A stretch of DNA of 59,054 bases from Candidatus Moraniibacteriota bacterium (GTDB lineage: Bacteria > Patescibacteriota > Minisyncoccia > Moranbacterales > UBA1568): NCBI GenBank assembly GCA_013334245.1, contig JAAXXZ010000006.1, forward strand, positions 1 to 59,054. The letters run 5' to 3'. How positions within the stretch are numbered: the stretch's first letter is position 1; every line of letters begins with the position of its first letter. A program made the translations under genes and the position numbers. Shown here one piece after another: positions 16,905-27,553 of this stretch. The notes under the pieces were generated by a model. It ran no database searches. It was not told where the DNA came from and worked only from the letters and a program-made list of their open reading frames with translations.

Positions 16905-18223
16905 GTGATCGGACTTTCGGACGAATCGTTCGTCGGGGAGAACCTCACCGTGCCTTCTGCACTATTTGCCGATGGCAACGCGAGAACCATCAGGAGAACG
17001 GGGAGAACATGAACGGAATACATCGGGGTTTCGAAAAGGGAATGACCGAAATATATGGCCAAGGAGACCGCCCCGGCGACAGCCACGCGGGCGCGCGACC
17101 GGGAAAGCCCCATAAAAGCGGTAAAGGTGACGGATAGGAACAATGACGCGCCGATGATCCCGGACTCGGTCGCGATGTCGAGATATTGGTCGTGGGCATA
17201 TATGGGCTCACGGTAATCCGCTGTCGGCTTTACGGCGAGCGGATAATTACCAAGGCCGTACCCGAACGGTCGTTCGGCGATTCGCCGCACCGCCTCGGCA
17301 TAGATTTCAAGTCGCCCCATATTCGATCCTTCCTCGGCCGAAAACGACGACCACGCGCGCTCCCGAACGGGACCCGACGAAAGCGCCGCGGCGAGAACAA
17401 GGCATATGAACGATACCGGCAGGATCGCACTTCTCTCCGAGTCCGATATGCGCCGAAAATATCGCGCAAACAGATACGCAAGTCCGAAACCGAGGCCCAC
17501 GTACCCGCCGCGTGAGAATGTCAGCACGTCGGCCAAAAGTATCATTGCCGTAAGAATAGCATACATGACCCTCTTCCCGACATGATCGGCGTCTATCATC
17601 AAAATGAAGGAAAACGGCAGAGCGAGACCGAAGTAAAACGCTGCCATGTGGGGATCCGGAAAGAAGGCACTTGCACGCAACACCGTCTGGCTCCCTATGC
17701 CGACGAGAAGACTCGGGTATTGCGCGACAGCGGACGAAAAGGACGTTCCGAGAAAAAACGGGAGGATCGTTTCCGTCCAAAATCGGAACACGGTCGGCGC
17801 CCCAAGGACGAATTGGGAAAAGAACTCGAGTACGCCCACAGCGGCAGATATCCCAGCCCCAGCGACGAACGCTCGCATGAGCCTCGCCGCGGCACGTTGA
17901 TATTCGGAGAATATCGAAGAATACACTATGAATAACGGAAAATATCCGGCGATGAAAAACGCACGTCGAACGGCCCATATGCCGTTCTCCGCCCATGAAA
18001 TCGAAAGCAGGGAGACGAATACAAACATCGAAAGAAGAACGGCTTCCCGCGAGACCGGAATCGTGAGCTTCCTTCGCGAAAGACCGACCGCGACAAATAT
18101 CGCGAACAGTACGACGGAAAATACGCGCGAAAACGGCAAGTCAACCCCGGGAACCGGCGAAAGTGCCCACTGAAAGGGGAGCGAAAAGATAAATGCTTCC
18201 GTCAACAGCAGAAGGACATTCAT
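16901..18223 (-). CDS. O-antigen ligase (Wzy_C) family membrane protein
   Basis: Multi-TM; RA..FFPDP, LTFSRGGY, PFGYGLGN, AHD.YL...E.G. Confidence 0.85.
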   Translation of the reverse strand: MNVLLLLTEAFIFSLPFQWALSPVPGVDLPFSRVFSVVLFAIFVAVGLSRRKLTIPVSREAVLLSMFVFVSLLSISWAENGIWAVRRAFFIAGYFPLFIVYSSIFSEYQRAAARLMRAFVAGAGISAAVGVLEFFSQFVLGAPTVFRFWTETILPFFLGTSFSSAVAQYPSLLVGIGSQTVLRASAFFPDPHMAAFYFGLALPFSFILMIDADHVGKRVMYAILTAMILLADVLTFSRGGYVGLGFGLAYLFARYFRRISDSERSAILPVSFICLVLAAALSSGPVRERAWSSFSAEEGSNMGRLEIYAEAVRRIAERPFGYGLGNYPLAVKPTADYREPIYAHDQYLDIATESGIIGASLFLSVTFTAFMGLSRSRARVAVAGAVSLAIYFGHSLFETPMYSVHVLPVLLMVLALPSANSAEGTVRFSPTNDSSESPIT

Positions 18224-19026
18224 ATCTTGAGAAATCGGGAACGGACGATTCGAAACAGGATTCTCTCCCAGCGCGGACGGTGATACGCGAAATACCGGTC
18301 TTGAGAGTCGTGGTAGACCCGTTTCTTTTCCACATCGGAACGGAAACTGGACCCACCGTCATGCCGGAAAACGATTGAGGGCAGGAGAACGGTTCGAAAG
18401 CCAGTTCCACGGGCACGAGTGCAGAGATCCATGTCCTCAAAATACAGAAAGAACCTCTCGTCGAAGCCACCCAACACGTCAAACGTCTCGCGACGCACGA
18501 ACATCGCTCCGCCACTCACCCATCCGACCGCATTCGGACGTCGATACTCCCAGTGACGCTTCGAAAAACGGGGGGCGACGTTGTTACGAATCAGTCGAAA
18601 AAGGGACAGCGGTTGACCCGCGCTCCACGCCTCGATCAAACCCGTGTCCGAAACCAAACGAGCGCCGACGACACCCACCTCCTTATTCGTCTCAAAAAAA
18701 CGCGAAACATAGTCGAAAGACCCGGAAACATACTCCGTATCGGGATTGAGAAAAGCCAGCACTTTACCATTCGCCAGAGCGGCGGCAACGTTCGCCGCGT
18801 TCGCAAACCCCCGATTTTCCGGCAGGAACACCGTCCGGACGTCAACCCGCCGACCGAGCTCCTTGATCCGAGCATACTCCTCCGGATCATTATTTGCGAT
18901 GATTATCTCCGTCGACCCGAGCGCGATTCCCGAATTTCTTACGGAACAAACAGCCCTCTCAAGCGGCTCGGCGCTTCGGTGATTTACGAAAATGAAGGAA
19001 AACTCAGGATGTTCTGAAATCTGCAT
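18220..19026 (-). CDS. Glycosyltransferase family 2
   Basis: NRGF..AAN, FLNPD, VSGGAM, GGFDERFFLYFEDMDLC. Confidence 0.9.
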   Translation of the reverse strand: MQISEHPEFSFIFVNHRSAEPLERAVCSVRNSGIALGSTEIIIANNDPEEYARIKELGRRVDVRTVFLPENRGFANAANVAAALANGKVLAFLNPDTEYVSGSFDYVSRFFETNKEVGVVGARLVSDTGLIEAWSAGQPLSLFRLIRNNVAPRFSKRHWEYRRPNAVGWVSGGAMFVRRETFDVLGGFDERFFLYFEDMDLCTRARGTGFRTVLLPSIVFRHDGGSSFRSDVEKKRVYHDSQDRYFAYHRPRWERILFRIVRSRFLKI

Positions 19027-19873
19027 AGGCCGAGGAAACAGGGAAGGCCTCCTTCTTTCCCCGAAGCTTATCGATACCGTTTTTGACCCGCCTCAGCACT
19101 ATATAGAATGCCACCCAGGGACGCAACGCCAGAGGCGTATGCGACCTGAAAAATCGCAAGCCGGAAATGACCAGCCAGTAGGTCTTTTCCGGATTTTGCG
19201 TGCTTATTTCCGCATGGATGACCGTGGCTTTCGGAACCACGAGCCTTTCGACCCCTTTTCCGGCCGCCCGGACGGAATAATCGGCGTCCTCGTAATAAAG
19301 AAAGTACGCTTCATCGAAAAGACCGACTCTTTCGATTACCTTCCTCGGTATGAACAGGGCACATCCGGAAAGGTATCCCGTCGGATACGGATCGCTTGCC
19401 TTTATCGCATCAACCGATTTGACGTGCAGAGCTCGCATCCGGATATAGTCTATTCGTCCTCCGGCGAACCATTCGACGCCTTCCGGTGTAAGGATCCTGG
19501 GGCTGAAGAGCTCGGGACTTTCAGACGACTGAGCCGCCAAAACAAGCTCCGAAAGGGCATTTCGGTCGCACTCGGTGTCATTGTTCAGTATCCACACGTA
19601 TTCCGCCCCTTTCGAAAGTGCGAATCGGATTCCGACGTTCATTCCCGCCGCGAAACCGATATTTTCCGGATTGAGAACGAAATGAGCCCGCGAAAAAAGA
19701 TTCTTCGCCGCCTCAAGAGAGCCGTCCCTTGACGCGTTATCAACGACGACTACCTCGAAATTGCCGTACGCGAGGGCAAAAACGGAACGAAGGCAGGCGG
19801 CGAGCCTGTCTCCCCCGTTCCAATTGAGGATGACCACGAATACTTTCGGAGAATCACTCATACCGACCATCAT
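19004..19873 (-). CDS. Glycosyltransferase family 2 (start may be 19861)
   Basis: VILNWNG, VVDNAS.D, ILNND, FLYYEDAD. Confidence 0.9.
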   Translation of the reverse strand: MMVGMSDSPKVFVVILNWNGGDRLAACLRSVFALAYGNFEVVVVDNASRDGSLEAAKNLFSRAHFVLNPENIGFAAGMNVGIRFALSKGAEYVWILNNDTECDRNALSELVLAAQSSESPELFSPRILTPEGVEWFAGGRIDYIRMRALHVKSVDAIKASDPYPTGYLSGCALFIPRKVIERVGLFDEAYFLYYEDADYSVRAAGKGVERLVVPKATVIHAEISTQNPEKTYWLVISGLRFFRSHTPLALRPWVAFYIVLRRVKNGIDKLRGKKEAFPVSSAYADFRTS

Positions 19874-19894
19874 ACCATCCCGATGAGCATCTTT

Positions 19895-21346
19895 CTAGAG
19901 CACCTCCTCGACGAACACCGCCTCTTTTTCCGACTGCTTCGAAAAAAGTCCGGCCACCTCGACGCTTGATACCGCTTTGAACAACCAAAGCGCGGCAACA
20001 TACACGACGACCGAGAGAAAACCGGAGATAACGAACGGCAAGGGGCGTGTGAGCCACAACGCGCCACCCATTATGAATGCGGAAAGTGCCACCCGACCGA
20101 TCTTGTCGAACGAAGGACGATATCCCAGAAGCCGGTACGCCAGAAACCCGGTGACGACGGAAACAAGAAATTCCGTCCCGAGCGACGTACCGGCCGCGCC
20201 CAGATAGGAAAATCTCGGGATAAGAAACGAGTTCGCGATGATATTCGCAACGGCGACGAACAGAAGGGTCTTCATCAGCTCTTTCTGATGATTACCGACG
20301 ATGAGAATCATGTTGAAAAAATTCCCGAAGAAAATGAAGGCAAGTGAGACGATAAGGAGTTCGAGTACGGGAACGGACTCCTGAAAGCCGCTTCCCGAGA
20401 CGATCGGAATGATCTGCTTGGAAAAAAAGACTCCACCGAGAACGAGAGGGATCGCTATGATGGCGAATACTCGAAAGGTGGTATCGGCGATGTCCCGAAA
20501 CCGGCTCCGATCGACGGAAAGGGCTTTTGATAAGAGCGGCAGAATCAATCCGGCAAGCAACGCAGGGAAAAAAGTAAGGTTTTCCATGACCTTGTACGCC
20601 ACGCTGTACGTCCCTACGGCCGCACTGCCCTTCATAACCGAGAGGAGGATGGTGTCCATCTTGAAATAAAAGAACGTTATGAGGGCGCTGCCGCCAAGCG
20701 GGAGCGAATCATGCAGGAATCGTTTCCAGAACGGCACATCCGCCACGAAATGGAATTTCGCGAACTTTCTGCTGAGAAAAAACGCGACCAGGGCATTGAA
20801 CGAAAGGGAGATGAGAAGCGTGGACGCGATGCCGAGAAAGCCGAGCTTGAAGTACACGACACCGTACACGGCCGACACCTGAACGATCTTCCCGAGAAAC
20901 TCCGTCATCGCGATGCGGTCCATCGCGATGTTTTTTTGGAAGATTCCGTTCAGAAATATCGAGAAGGTCGAAAAAACAATCGTTCCCGCAGCAATCCAGA
21001 TGCCGATCTTGACCGGCAGTGAGTACGAGAAAAAAGGGAGAAACAGCGGAACGAGAAGAAAAACAACGAGAGAGGAAGCTATCCTGAGGGAAGCCACCCT
21101 TCCAAGTATGCCGCTCTCGTCCGCCCCTTCACGAGAGATTTCGCGTGCCGTTATGGAGCCGATACCCAGATCGGCGACCGCGGAAAAAAAGGCGAAGTAC
21201 GCAAGCACCGTCGCATAATCGCCAAAGCCCTCCTTCCCAAGGTACCCGGTGATAAGCCGTATTGAGACCAAGGAAAGAACCACGGTCGTCACGACCTTCA
21301 TGAGCGAATTGAAGACGATATTGTATGCTATTTTCCGTGTTGACAT
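19895..21346 (-). CDS. Wzx-like flippase
   Basis: Multi-TM; YLG..GFG.Y, DLGI, D.ILLS...G...VG.Y..AY; start moved to MSTRK. Confidence 0.88.
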   Translation of the reverse strand: MSTRKIAYNIVFNSLMKVVTTVVLSLVSIRLITGYLGKEGFGDYATVLAYFAFFSAVADLGIGSITAREISREGADESGILGRVASLRIASSLVVFLLVPLFLPFFSYSLPVKIGIWIAAGTIVFSTFSIFLNGIFQKNIAMDRIAMTEFLGKIVQVSAVYGVVYFKLGFLGIASTLLISLSFNALVAFFLSRKFAKFHFVADVPFWKRFLHDSLPLGGSALITFFYFKMDTILLSVMKGSAAVGTYSVAYKVMENLTFFPALLAGLILPLLSKALSVDRSRFRDIADTTFRVFAIIAIPLVLGGVFFSKQIIPIVSGSGFQESVPVLELLIVSLAFIFFGNFFNMILIVGNHQKELMKTLLFVAVANIIANSFLIPRFSYLGAAGTSLGTEFLVSVVTGFLAYRLLGYRPSFDKIGRVALSAFIMGGALWLTRPLPFVISGFLSVVVYVAALWLFKAVSSVEVAGLFSKQSEKEAVFVEEVL

Positions 21347-21465
21347 AATTTTTCGACGACTGCTCCCAAGCCCTGACATTGTACGGTTCGGCGGAGGAAA
21401 AGGCAAACGAAAATCCCACGCCGGTCGGTAGCGTGGGATAGTGAGGACTCTTCGATGCCTGCCGA

Positions 21466-21954
21466 TCACGAAAAGACGGCCTTTGGCTTCACAACGACCT
21501 TCCGCTCCTCGCCTTTCCCGATGCTCCCCGTCTCGACCCGCTCATTCTCGGCAAGCACCGCATGAACGACCTTCCGTTCATATGGAAGCATCGGTCGCAT
21601 AGCGACGGGACGACCTGTCGCGACCACCTCATGTGCCGCTTCTTCCGCATCGCGTCGCAGATGAGCCCGTTTTTCTTTCCAATAACGGTTCACGTCCACG
21701 GAAAAATCCGTGTGATCGCCGAACTTTCGTCGTGCAATCATCTGGAGAAGATGTTGGAAGGAAAACAGGGCTATACCGTGCTGTCCGATGAGCATCTTGG
21801 AATCCTTCCTGTCGACAGTAATGGAAAACGTGACCGTTTCCCGACCACCTTCCCTTCCGGCAAAAATATCGACTTTCGCTTCATTTATGCCCATTATCGC
21901 CAAAAGCTCGATGATCGTCTCCGACATCACGTTCTGAAACTCTTTTTCTGCCAT
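21466..21954 (-). CDS. jag: Jag/KhpB-like KH + R3H RNA-binding protein
   Basis: LIGQHG..L, PM.PYERKVVH, S.G.GE.R.V; next to yidC. Confidence 0.88.
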   Translation of the reverse strand: MAEKEFQNVMSETIIELLAIMGINEAKVDIFAGREGGRETVTFSITVDRKDSKMLIGQHGIALFSFQHLLQMIARRKFGDHTDFSVDVNRYWKEKRAHLRRDAEEAAHEVVATGRPVAMRPMLPYERKVVHAVLAENERVETGSIGKGEERKVVVKPKAVFS

Positions 21955-21964
21955 ACGGTTTCGA

Positions 21965-22705
21965 TTATTCCTTATTCCCATCGTTTTTTTTCCGATCGAG
22001 TATATACCATTGCTGGACGATGGAAAAGACGGTGGAAACGAGCCAATAAAGAGATAGGGCCGAAGGGAACCTCACGCCGATAAACAGCGTCAGAATCGGC
22101 CCCATGTACAACATCTGCTTGTTCATGATGGTAGCGAAATCAGCCTCTTTTCCATCATCCTGCTTTTTTTCTGCGGGCTTGTCTTGGGACAGCATCTTCA
22201 TCTGATAGAACTGGCCCAATGCCGCCAACACCGCGAAAAGAATGCTCGGCTTCTCTAGATCGGCGATACGGAAGAACTCATGGGAAAGAGTACCTGGATC
22301 GGACACGAACGGGTACAATATTGACGCGTCAACTCCGAACCCGGTCTGCGAAATCCGCATGATTACCTGATAAATCGCGATCAGGAAAACGATCTGCACG
22401 ATAAGCGGCAGACAACCCATGACCGGATTTACCTTGTTCACCTTGTACAGCTCCATCATCGACTTCGACTGCTGTTCCTTGTCATCCTTGTATTTCTCCT
22501 GTATCGCCTTGATTTTCGGTTGGAGATCCTGAAGTTTTTTCTGCGACTCTATCTGCTGTTTGGAAAGCGACACGAACAGCAGTTTGATGACTATGGTCGC
22601 TACGACGATCGCGAGCCCGAAGTTCGCTATCGGAAAGAGATCGGCAAAAAAAATGATAAGGTTGTATACCGGCTGGTAGACGATGGTGGTGAATATCTCG
22701 TTCAT
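21965..22705 (-). CDS. yidC: Membrane protein insertase YidC (short form)
   Basis: LQPKIK.IQEKY, VNP..GCLP, LYW; synteny with rnpA. Confidence 0.93.
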   Translation of the reverse strand: MNEIFTTIVYQPVYNLIIFFADLFPIANFGLAIVVATIVIKLLFVSLSKQQIESQKKLQDLQPKIKAIQEKYKDDKEQQSKSMMELYKVNKVNPVMGCLPLIVQIVFLIAIYQVIMRISQTGFGVDASILYPFVSDPGTLSHEFFRIADLEKPSILFAVLAALGQFYQMKMLSQDKPAEKKQDDGKEADFATIMNKQMLYMGPILTLFIGVRFPSALSLYWLVSTVFSIVQQWYILDRKKNDGNKE

Positions 22706-22713
22706 ACGTGTTT

Positions 22714-23064
22714 TCAGTTTCGGCGCGTTGAGGCGCAAATTGCATTTATAAGACCATCCAGGTCATGTCGGACAGCCCCCATTTCCAAATGTTCAGGCTT
22801 GCTTCTGAAGAATAGCACTATATGGGCATCCTCAGGAAATGACGAGGCTACCGGCGCCACCGCCTCAGAAAGTATCCTTCGGGCCCGGTTCCGCTCGACA
22901 GAGAGACGAAACATTTTTTTTGCCGATAAAAAGCCAAATTTCCGACCGGATTTTGCGGAAAAAACGATTCGGCATCCTACATTCCCGAAGAAAAAGGCCC
23001 TTCCGAAGCGAAAAGCCTTTTGAAACGACAGGGGGTTTTTCAGCCGAAGCGCGCTGGGCAACAT
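22714..23064 (-). CDS. rnpA: Ribonuclease P protein component
   Basis: MLP...RL, SV.RNRARR motif; follows rpmH. Confidence 0.88.
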   Translation of the reverse strand: MLPSALRLKNPLSFQKAFRFGRAFFFGNVGCRIVFSAKSGRKFGFLSAKKMFRLSVERNRARRILSEAVAPVASSFPEDAHIVLFFRSKPEHLEMGAVRHDLDGLINAICASTRRN

Positions 23065-23072
23065 AGCCGAGG

Positions 23073-23207
23073 CTAGACCGAGAGCTTTCTGCGTCCCTTC
23101 TGACGACGGCTGCGAAGAACGCTCCTTCCCCCGGCGGTGCTCATCCGCTCAAGGAAACCATGTCTCCGGGTCCGACGCCTGGTTTTCGGCTGATACGTAC
23201 GCTTCAT
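23073..23207 (-). CDS. rpmH: 50S ribosomal protein L34
   Basis: [24 protein letters not shown]...KGR. Confidence 0.97.
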   Translation of the reverse strand: MKRTYQPKTRRRTRRHGFLERMSTAGGRSVLRSRRQKGRRKLSV

Positions 23208-23485
23208 ATTGGTGGAGGAAGAAATACTTAAAACGCACTCCCATGAGTCACTCACTAGGATATGACACCTTCGGACATATGTCAATTCCCATTCGAACCA
23301 AAGGCTCATATCTACGACGCAGGAACCGCAACACCAGGAATCCGAAAACTACAAAATGGGCGATTCTTCAGTTCCGGTAACGTTTTATTGTTTTAAATAT
23401 AGGATAATCTCAGGTTATCCACCGGATGTACACTGCGAGAGATGACCACTGTACGACCTGCGTGATATAATCGGATTTGTCACGT

Positions 23486-24928
23486 ATGGAACATCAGGAA
23501 CTCTGGAAATCGGTACTCGGTCAGATAGAGCTTTCGATATCGAAGGCTAATTTCGTGACGTGGTTTCAGGGAACGGCGATCGTCTCAGTCGAAGACGGTA
23601 CCGCCATAATTAGCGTCCCAAACGGATTCGCAAAAGAATGGCTTGAAAACAAGTACAATCATACGATCATTCAGGCATTGCGAGGCTTCGATGAGACGAT
23701 ACGGTCCATACGATGCATCATTTCCGGCCCTCAACCGATCAAGAAATCGTTCGATGCGGTAGTACAACCCGGAAGTCAGGCGACCATGAAGCCTGATGTC
23801 CAAAGTCAGCAGCGCACGAATTCCAATACGCAGACCACTCGCCCCGCAGGCGGATTCATTCAAACGGCGCCGAAACAGGCCACCGCGATGTTCCATGAAT
23901 CGAATCTCAATCCGCGTTATACCTTCGCGGACTATATCGTTGCCGAAAACAACGAACTCGCCAACGCGGCATGTGTAGCCGTCTCCAGGAACCTTGGACA
24001 GATTTACAACCCTCTCTTCATATACGGAGGAGTGGGGCTCGGTAAGACGCATCTCCTCCAGGCTCTCGGCAACGAGGTGAAACGTGAACATCCGGAGAAA
24101 AACATCAAATATATCACCTCGGAACGTTTCACAAGCGAACTCGTGGACTCGATAAAGAACCAGAGAACGGACAAATTCAAGGAATACTATCAGCAGATGG
24201 ACCTCCTTATCATCGACGACGTACAGTTTCTTTCCGGCAGGGAGAAGACGCAGAACGAATTCTTTCACATCTTTAACGCGCTTTACCAGATCAATAAGCA
24301 GATCGTCATCTCGAGCGATCGGCCGCCTAAGGCGATTCCGACGCTCGAAGACCGACTCCGATCAAGGTTCGAGGGCGGCATGATAACGGATATCAGCCAG
24401 CCGAATGAGGAAACACGACTGGCAATCCTTAGAAAAAAGGTTGCGGAGAAAGGCATCTCCATAGAAGAGGACGCCCTCCGCTTCATAGCGGAGAATATCA
24501 CGCAGAATATCAGGGAAATCGAAGGAGCATTGAATCGCGTGATCGCCTATTCGGAATTCTATAAGACAGCACCATCGATTTCACTCGTGGAAAAAGTGCT
24601 TTCCCAACTCATCATCCAAAACAAAAAGAATATTCAGACGAAAGACATCGTCGCCGCGATCGAGAAACTGTATTCCGTCTCGGAAGAAGACCTCCTGAAA
24701 AAAGGACGCAAGAAGGGGATCTCGAATGCGCGACAAGTCGCTATGTATCTCATGCGCACGGAACTGAATATGCCTTTCTCCTCCATCGGTGACTTTTTCG
24801 GGGGCAGGGATCATACCACCGCTCTCCATGCATTTGAAAAAGTCAGTGGCGAGATCGAGAAGAACCTCCGGCTCAAAGGAGAGCTTTCCACCCTAAAGAA
24901 CGAACTCTATCAATCGAACGGTGCATAA
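23486..24928 (+). CDS. dnaA: Chromosomal replication initiator
   Basis: YNPLFIYGGVGLGKTHL, IDDVQF, RLRSRF, GGRDHTT. Confidence 0.98.
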   Translation: MEHQELWKSVLGQIELSISKANFVTWFQGTAIVSVEDGTAIISVPNGFAKEWLENKYNHTIIQALRGFDETIRSIRCIISGPQPIKKSFDAVVQPGSQATMKPDVQSQQRTNSNTQTTRPAGGFIQTAPKQATAMFHESNLNPRYTFADYIVAENNELANAACVAVSRNLGQIYNPLFIYGGVGLGKTHLLQALGNEVKREHPEKNIKYITSERFTSELVDSIKNQRTDKFKEYYQQMDLLIIDDVQFLSGREKTQNEFFHIFNALYQINKQIVISSDRPPKAIPTLEDRLRSRFEGGMITDISQPNEETRLAILRKKVAEKGISIEEDALRFIAENITQNIREIEGALNRVIAYSEFYKTAPSISLVEKVLSQLIIQNKKNIQTKDIVAAIEKLYSVSEEDLLKKGRKKGISNARQVAMYLMRTELNMPFSSIGDFFGGRDHTTALHAFEKVSGEIEKNLRLKGELSTLKNELYQSNGA

Positions 24929-25215
24929 AGAGTGTATAAGTTCCATTTTTAACCGCATAGATGGTGGAAAAGTCGGGTACTTATCAACGTATGAAATGGG
25001 AGATGTACGTTTTCCACAACACGAAGCGACTCTCCGTATAAGTCGCGACAGATAGAGACAGACATATTTCAGCAACAGAAAAGCTAAAATCCGCCCTATC
25101 CACATTTCCACCACGCTAATAATCATAATAGTATACATAATATATATAATACTATTCATTACAGCACCGAAGACCATGTCGACATCCGAATACTAATCAG
25201 CAGATCGAAATACCT
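24929..25215. other. Replication origin oriC (dnaA-dnaN spacer)
   Basis: DnaA-box-like TTTTCCACA (~25010), CTATCCACA (25096-25104), TTTCCACC, then trio-like TAATAATCATAATAGTA (25117-25133) and AT-rich tract; TTATCCACC at 23415 upstream of dnaA. Confidence 0.8.
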
Positions 25216-26367
25216 ATGAAAGTCACCTGTACTCAAGAAAATCTTTCCAAAGCCCTCTCGTTTTTAGAAAGAGCCACCGGAAAACAGACCGCATTGCCTA
25301 TCCTCAGCAATTTTCTACTCCGGGTCGAAAAGGGAAAACTGAAGCTCTCATCTACGAATCTTGAGATCGGCGTCACCACCTACGTGAACGCGAAGATAGA
25401 GGGTGCGGGGGAGATAGCTGCTCCCGTGAAAATCATTTCCAACTTCGTCGGTAATCTGCCGAGTGGGGAGGTTGTTGTCATAGATGTCCAAGGAAGTGCC
25501 ATATCCCTTGAAAGCGGAGGATATGATATGAAGGTCAGGGGTCTGGATCCGAAGGATTTTCCAATCATACCGGAGAAAAAAGGGGATACGTCGTTTCATC
25601 TTCCCGCACAGGCGTTGAAATCGGCTCTCCAGAGGATATTGCCATGCGTTTCAATGAATGAGAGCCGGCTTGAGCTGACAGGCGTCAATATGCTCTTCTT
25701 AGACGATGAGGTGCATATAGCCGCCACAGACAGCTTCAGGCTCGCGGAACAGGTCCTGAGGCTTCCTGATGGTACTTCCGGCGAAGGCTACGCCTTGTTC
25801 CGGAGTCAGAATTCGTCGCTCATCCTGCCTCACATCACGATGCAGGAATTGGCCCGCATCATTTCGCCCGAAACCGATACCGTCGCCGTGACCTTCGAGG
25901 AAAATCAGGTCTTCTTCGATATCGACGGCGTGTCGGTGGTTTCGCGTATTATCAATGGAAAATATCCCGACTACAAACAGATATTGCCGAAGGAGTTTGC
26001 GTATGCGGCGAAACTGTCCCGGGAGGAGTTGCTTCGGGCTGTCAGGATGGCGGGCGTATTCGCGTCGCAAATGAGCGGAGAGATGCTTGTTTCGGTTTCA
26101 CCGGACGGCGGGGAGGTGTTGGTCGCGGCCCGATCGTCGGAGGTGGGGGAGAATCGGACGGTCATTCATGGTGAGATTTCCGGAGGTGAGCCTGTACAGA
26201 TCCTTTTCAATCCTCGTTATGTTATCGATGGCTTGAATGCGATTTCTACGGATTCCGTCTATTTTCTTCTGAATTCGCCATCCTCGCCGGCCGGATTTCG
26301 AATGATAGGCTCCGATGGGGTTATTGACCAGGATTATCTCTATATCGCCATGCCGATCAGGAAATAG
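25216..26367 (+). CDS. dnaN: DNA polymerase III beta clamp
   Basis: LPILSN, ATDSFRLA, G.YPDYKQI.P, FNPRY, MPI. Confidence 0.97.
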   Translation: MKVTCTQENLSKALSFLERATGKQTALPILSNFLLRVEKGKLKLSSTNLEIGVTTYVNAKIEGAGEIAAPVKIISNFVGNLPSGEVVVIDVQGSAISLESGGYDMKVRGLDPKDFPIIPEKKGDTSFHLPAQALKSALQRILPCVSMNESRLELTGVNMLFLDDEVHIAATDSFRLAEQVLRLPDGTSGEGYALFRSQNSSLILPHITMQELARIISPETDTVAVTFEENQVFFDIDGVSVVSRIINGKYPDYKQILPKEFAYAAKLSREELLRAVRMAGVFASQMSGEMLVSVSPDGGEVLVAARSSEVGENRTVIHGEISGGEPVQILFNPRYVIDGLNAISTDSVYFLLNSPSSPAGFRMIGSDGVIDQDYLYIAMPIRK

Positions 26368-26417
26368 TGGCACGAAATAATTTTTTATCTAGGAGAGATC
26401 ATAAATCGAATCAGCGT

Positions 26418-26720
26418 ATGCGGCGGATCGGTGACATGATGGTAATAATGCCTGTCGCTTCCGAAACGAAGGCAAGGAAGACGGTCGCAGCCGACGAAAA
26501 GACCGTGTTTTTTCTTGCTGAAAAGGCGGTTTCCGAGTTATACGGCGTTCGAGGTCGTGAAAACGTGACGCCGAGGTATTGGAAGAGCGGAAAGCTGTTC
26601 CTTTCCTGCCGGAGTCCTCTCTGGGCGAATGAGTTGTGGATAACCCGTGATACTTTGCGGAGTCGCATCAATAATGAGCTTGGTTATGAGGGCGTGAAGG
26701 AGATTAAGACGTCGGAATAG
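26418..26720 (+). CDS. DUF721/DciA-like protein
   Basis: G.L.L.C.SPLWANEL...L...IN pattern; after dnaN. Confidence 0.65.
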   Translation: MRRIGDMMVIMPVASETKARKTVAADEKTVFFLAEKAVSELYGVRGRENVTPRYWKSGKLFLSCRSPLWANELWITRDTLRSRINNELGYEGVKEIKTSE

Positions 26721-26734
26721 GAAAAAAGGTGGGT

Positions 26735-27412
26735 ATGGCTGATTTCAAGACCCATATTTCCTTCGGAATCGCGCTCGGCATACTCGGAATGATAGGAATC
26801 GTTTCCGTTTCACTCTCGAGCGACCCCGGGTTATTATTGGCGGCATTCGTGGCGGCAACCCTAGGATCGGTATTGCCTGATATCGACAGCGATTCCGGCG
26901 TTCCATACCACGTGACGTTCGGTTCGCTTGCGCTTGTGGCGGGAGCGCTCGCGTTTGCGGAATACTCCAGATATGGAGTGGTGGATTGGAGGTTGTTTCT
27001 GTATTATGCCGTCGGGACGGCGCTTTTCGTGTGGGTCGTCGTCGGGACCGTTTTCAAGCACTTCACAAGACATCGGGGAATGGCACACTCTATCCCTGCC
27101 GCGATCCTTACGGGATTATGCGCATTTATGCTCTGTTCCCGATGTGCATTCGACGACCCGGAATCATTTCTTATCGGTTCGGCCGCGTCGGTCGGATATC
27201 TCATCCATCTCGTTCTTGACGAGGTATATGCCGCGGCTAATTTCAACGGGATCATATTCTCTCCGAGCCGTTCTTTGGGGAGCGCCCTCAAGATGTTCTC
27301 ACATTCCCTGTTCATGAATGTCGTCATGTATGGAACGATCGTCTTTCTCTGCGTAGTCAATCTTCTTCGGCTGCGAACACTCTTCACGTTTTTCGTGGGG
27401 CGTTTTGACTAG
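26735..27412 (+). CDS. YdjM-like membrane metal-dependent hydrolase
   Basis: KTH, LPDID, HRG.AHS, HLVLD. Confidence 0.85.
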   Translation: MADFKTHISFGIALGILGMIGIVSVSLSSDPGLLLAAFVAATLGSVLPDIDSDSGVPYHVTFGSLALVAGALAFAEYSRYGVVDWRLFLYYAVGTALFVWVVVGTVFKHFTRHRGMAHSIPAAILTGLCAFMLCSRCAFDDPESFLIGSAASVGYLIHLVLDEVYAAANFNGIIFSPSRSLGSALKMFSHSLFMNVVMYGTIVFLCVVNLLRLRTLFTFFVGRFD

Positions 27413-27553
27413 GCTGGGACCCGGTATCTCGGAACACCGAAGCGGAATCGATCCATCCCTGAAAAATGAACGCAACGAGGCTGCCGCGCGGATTTTCCGT
27501 GGGAAGAAAAACGGCCATGACCCGAAGTCATGACCGTTATTTGAAAAACTGAC

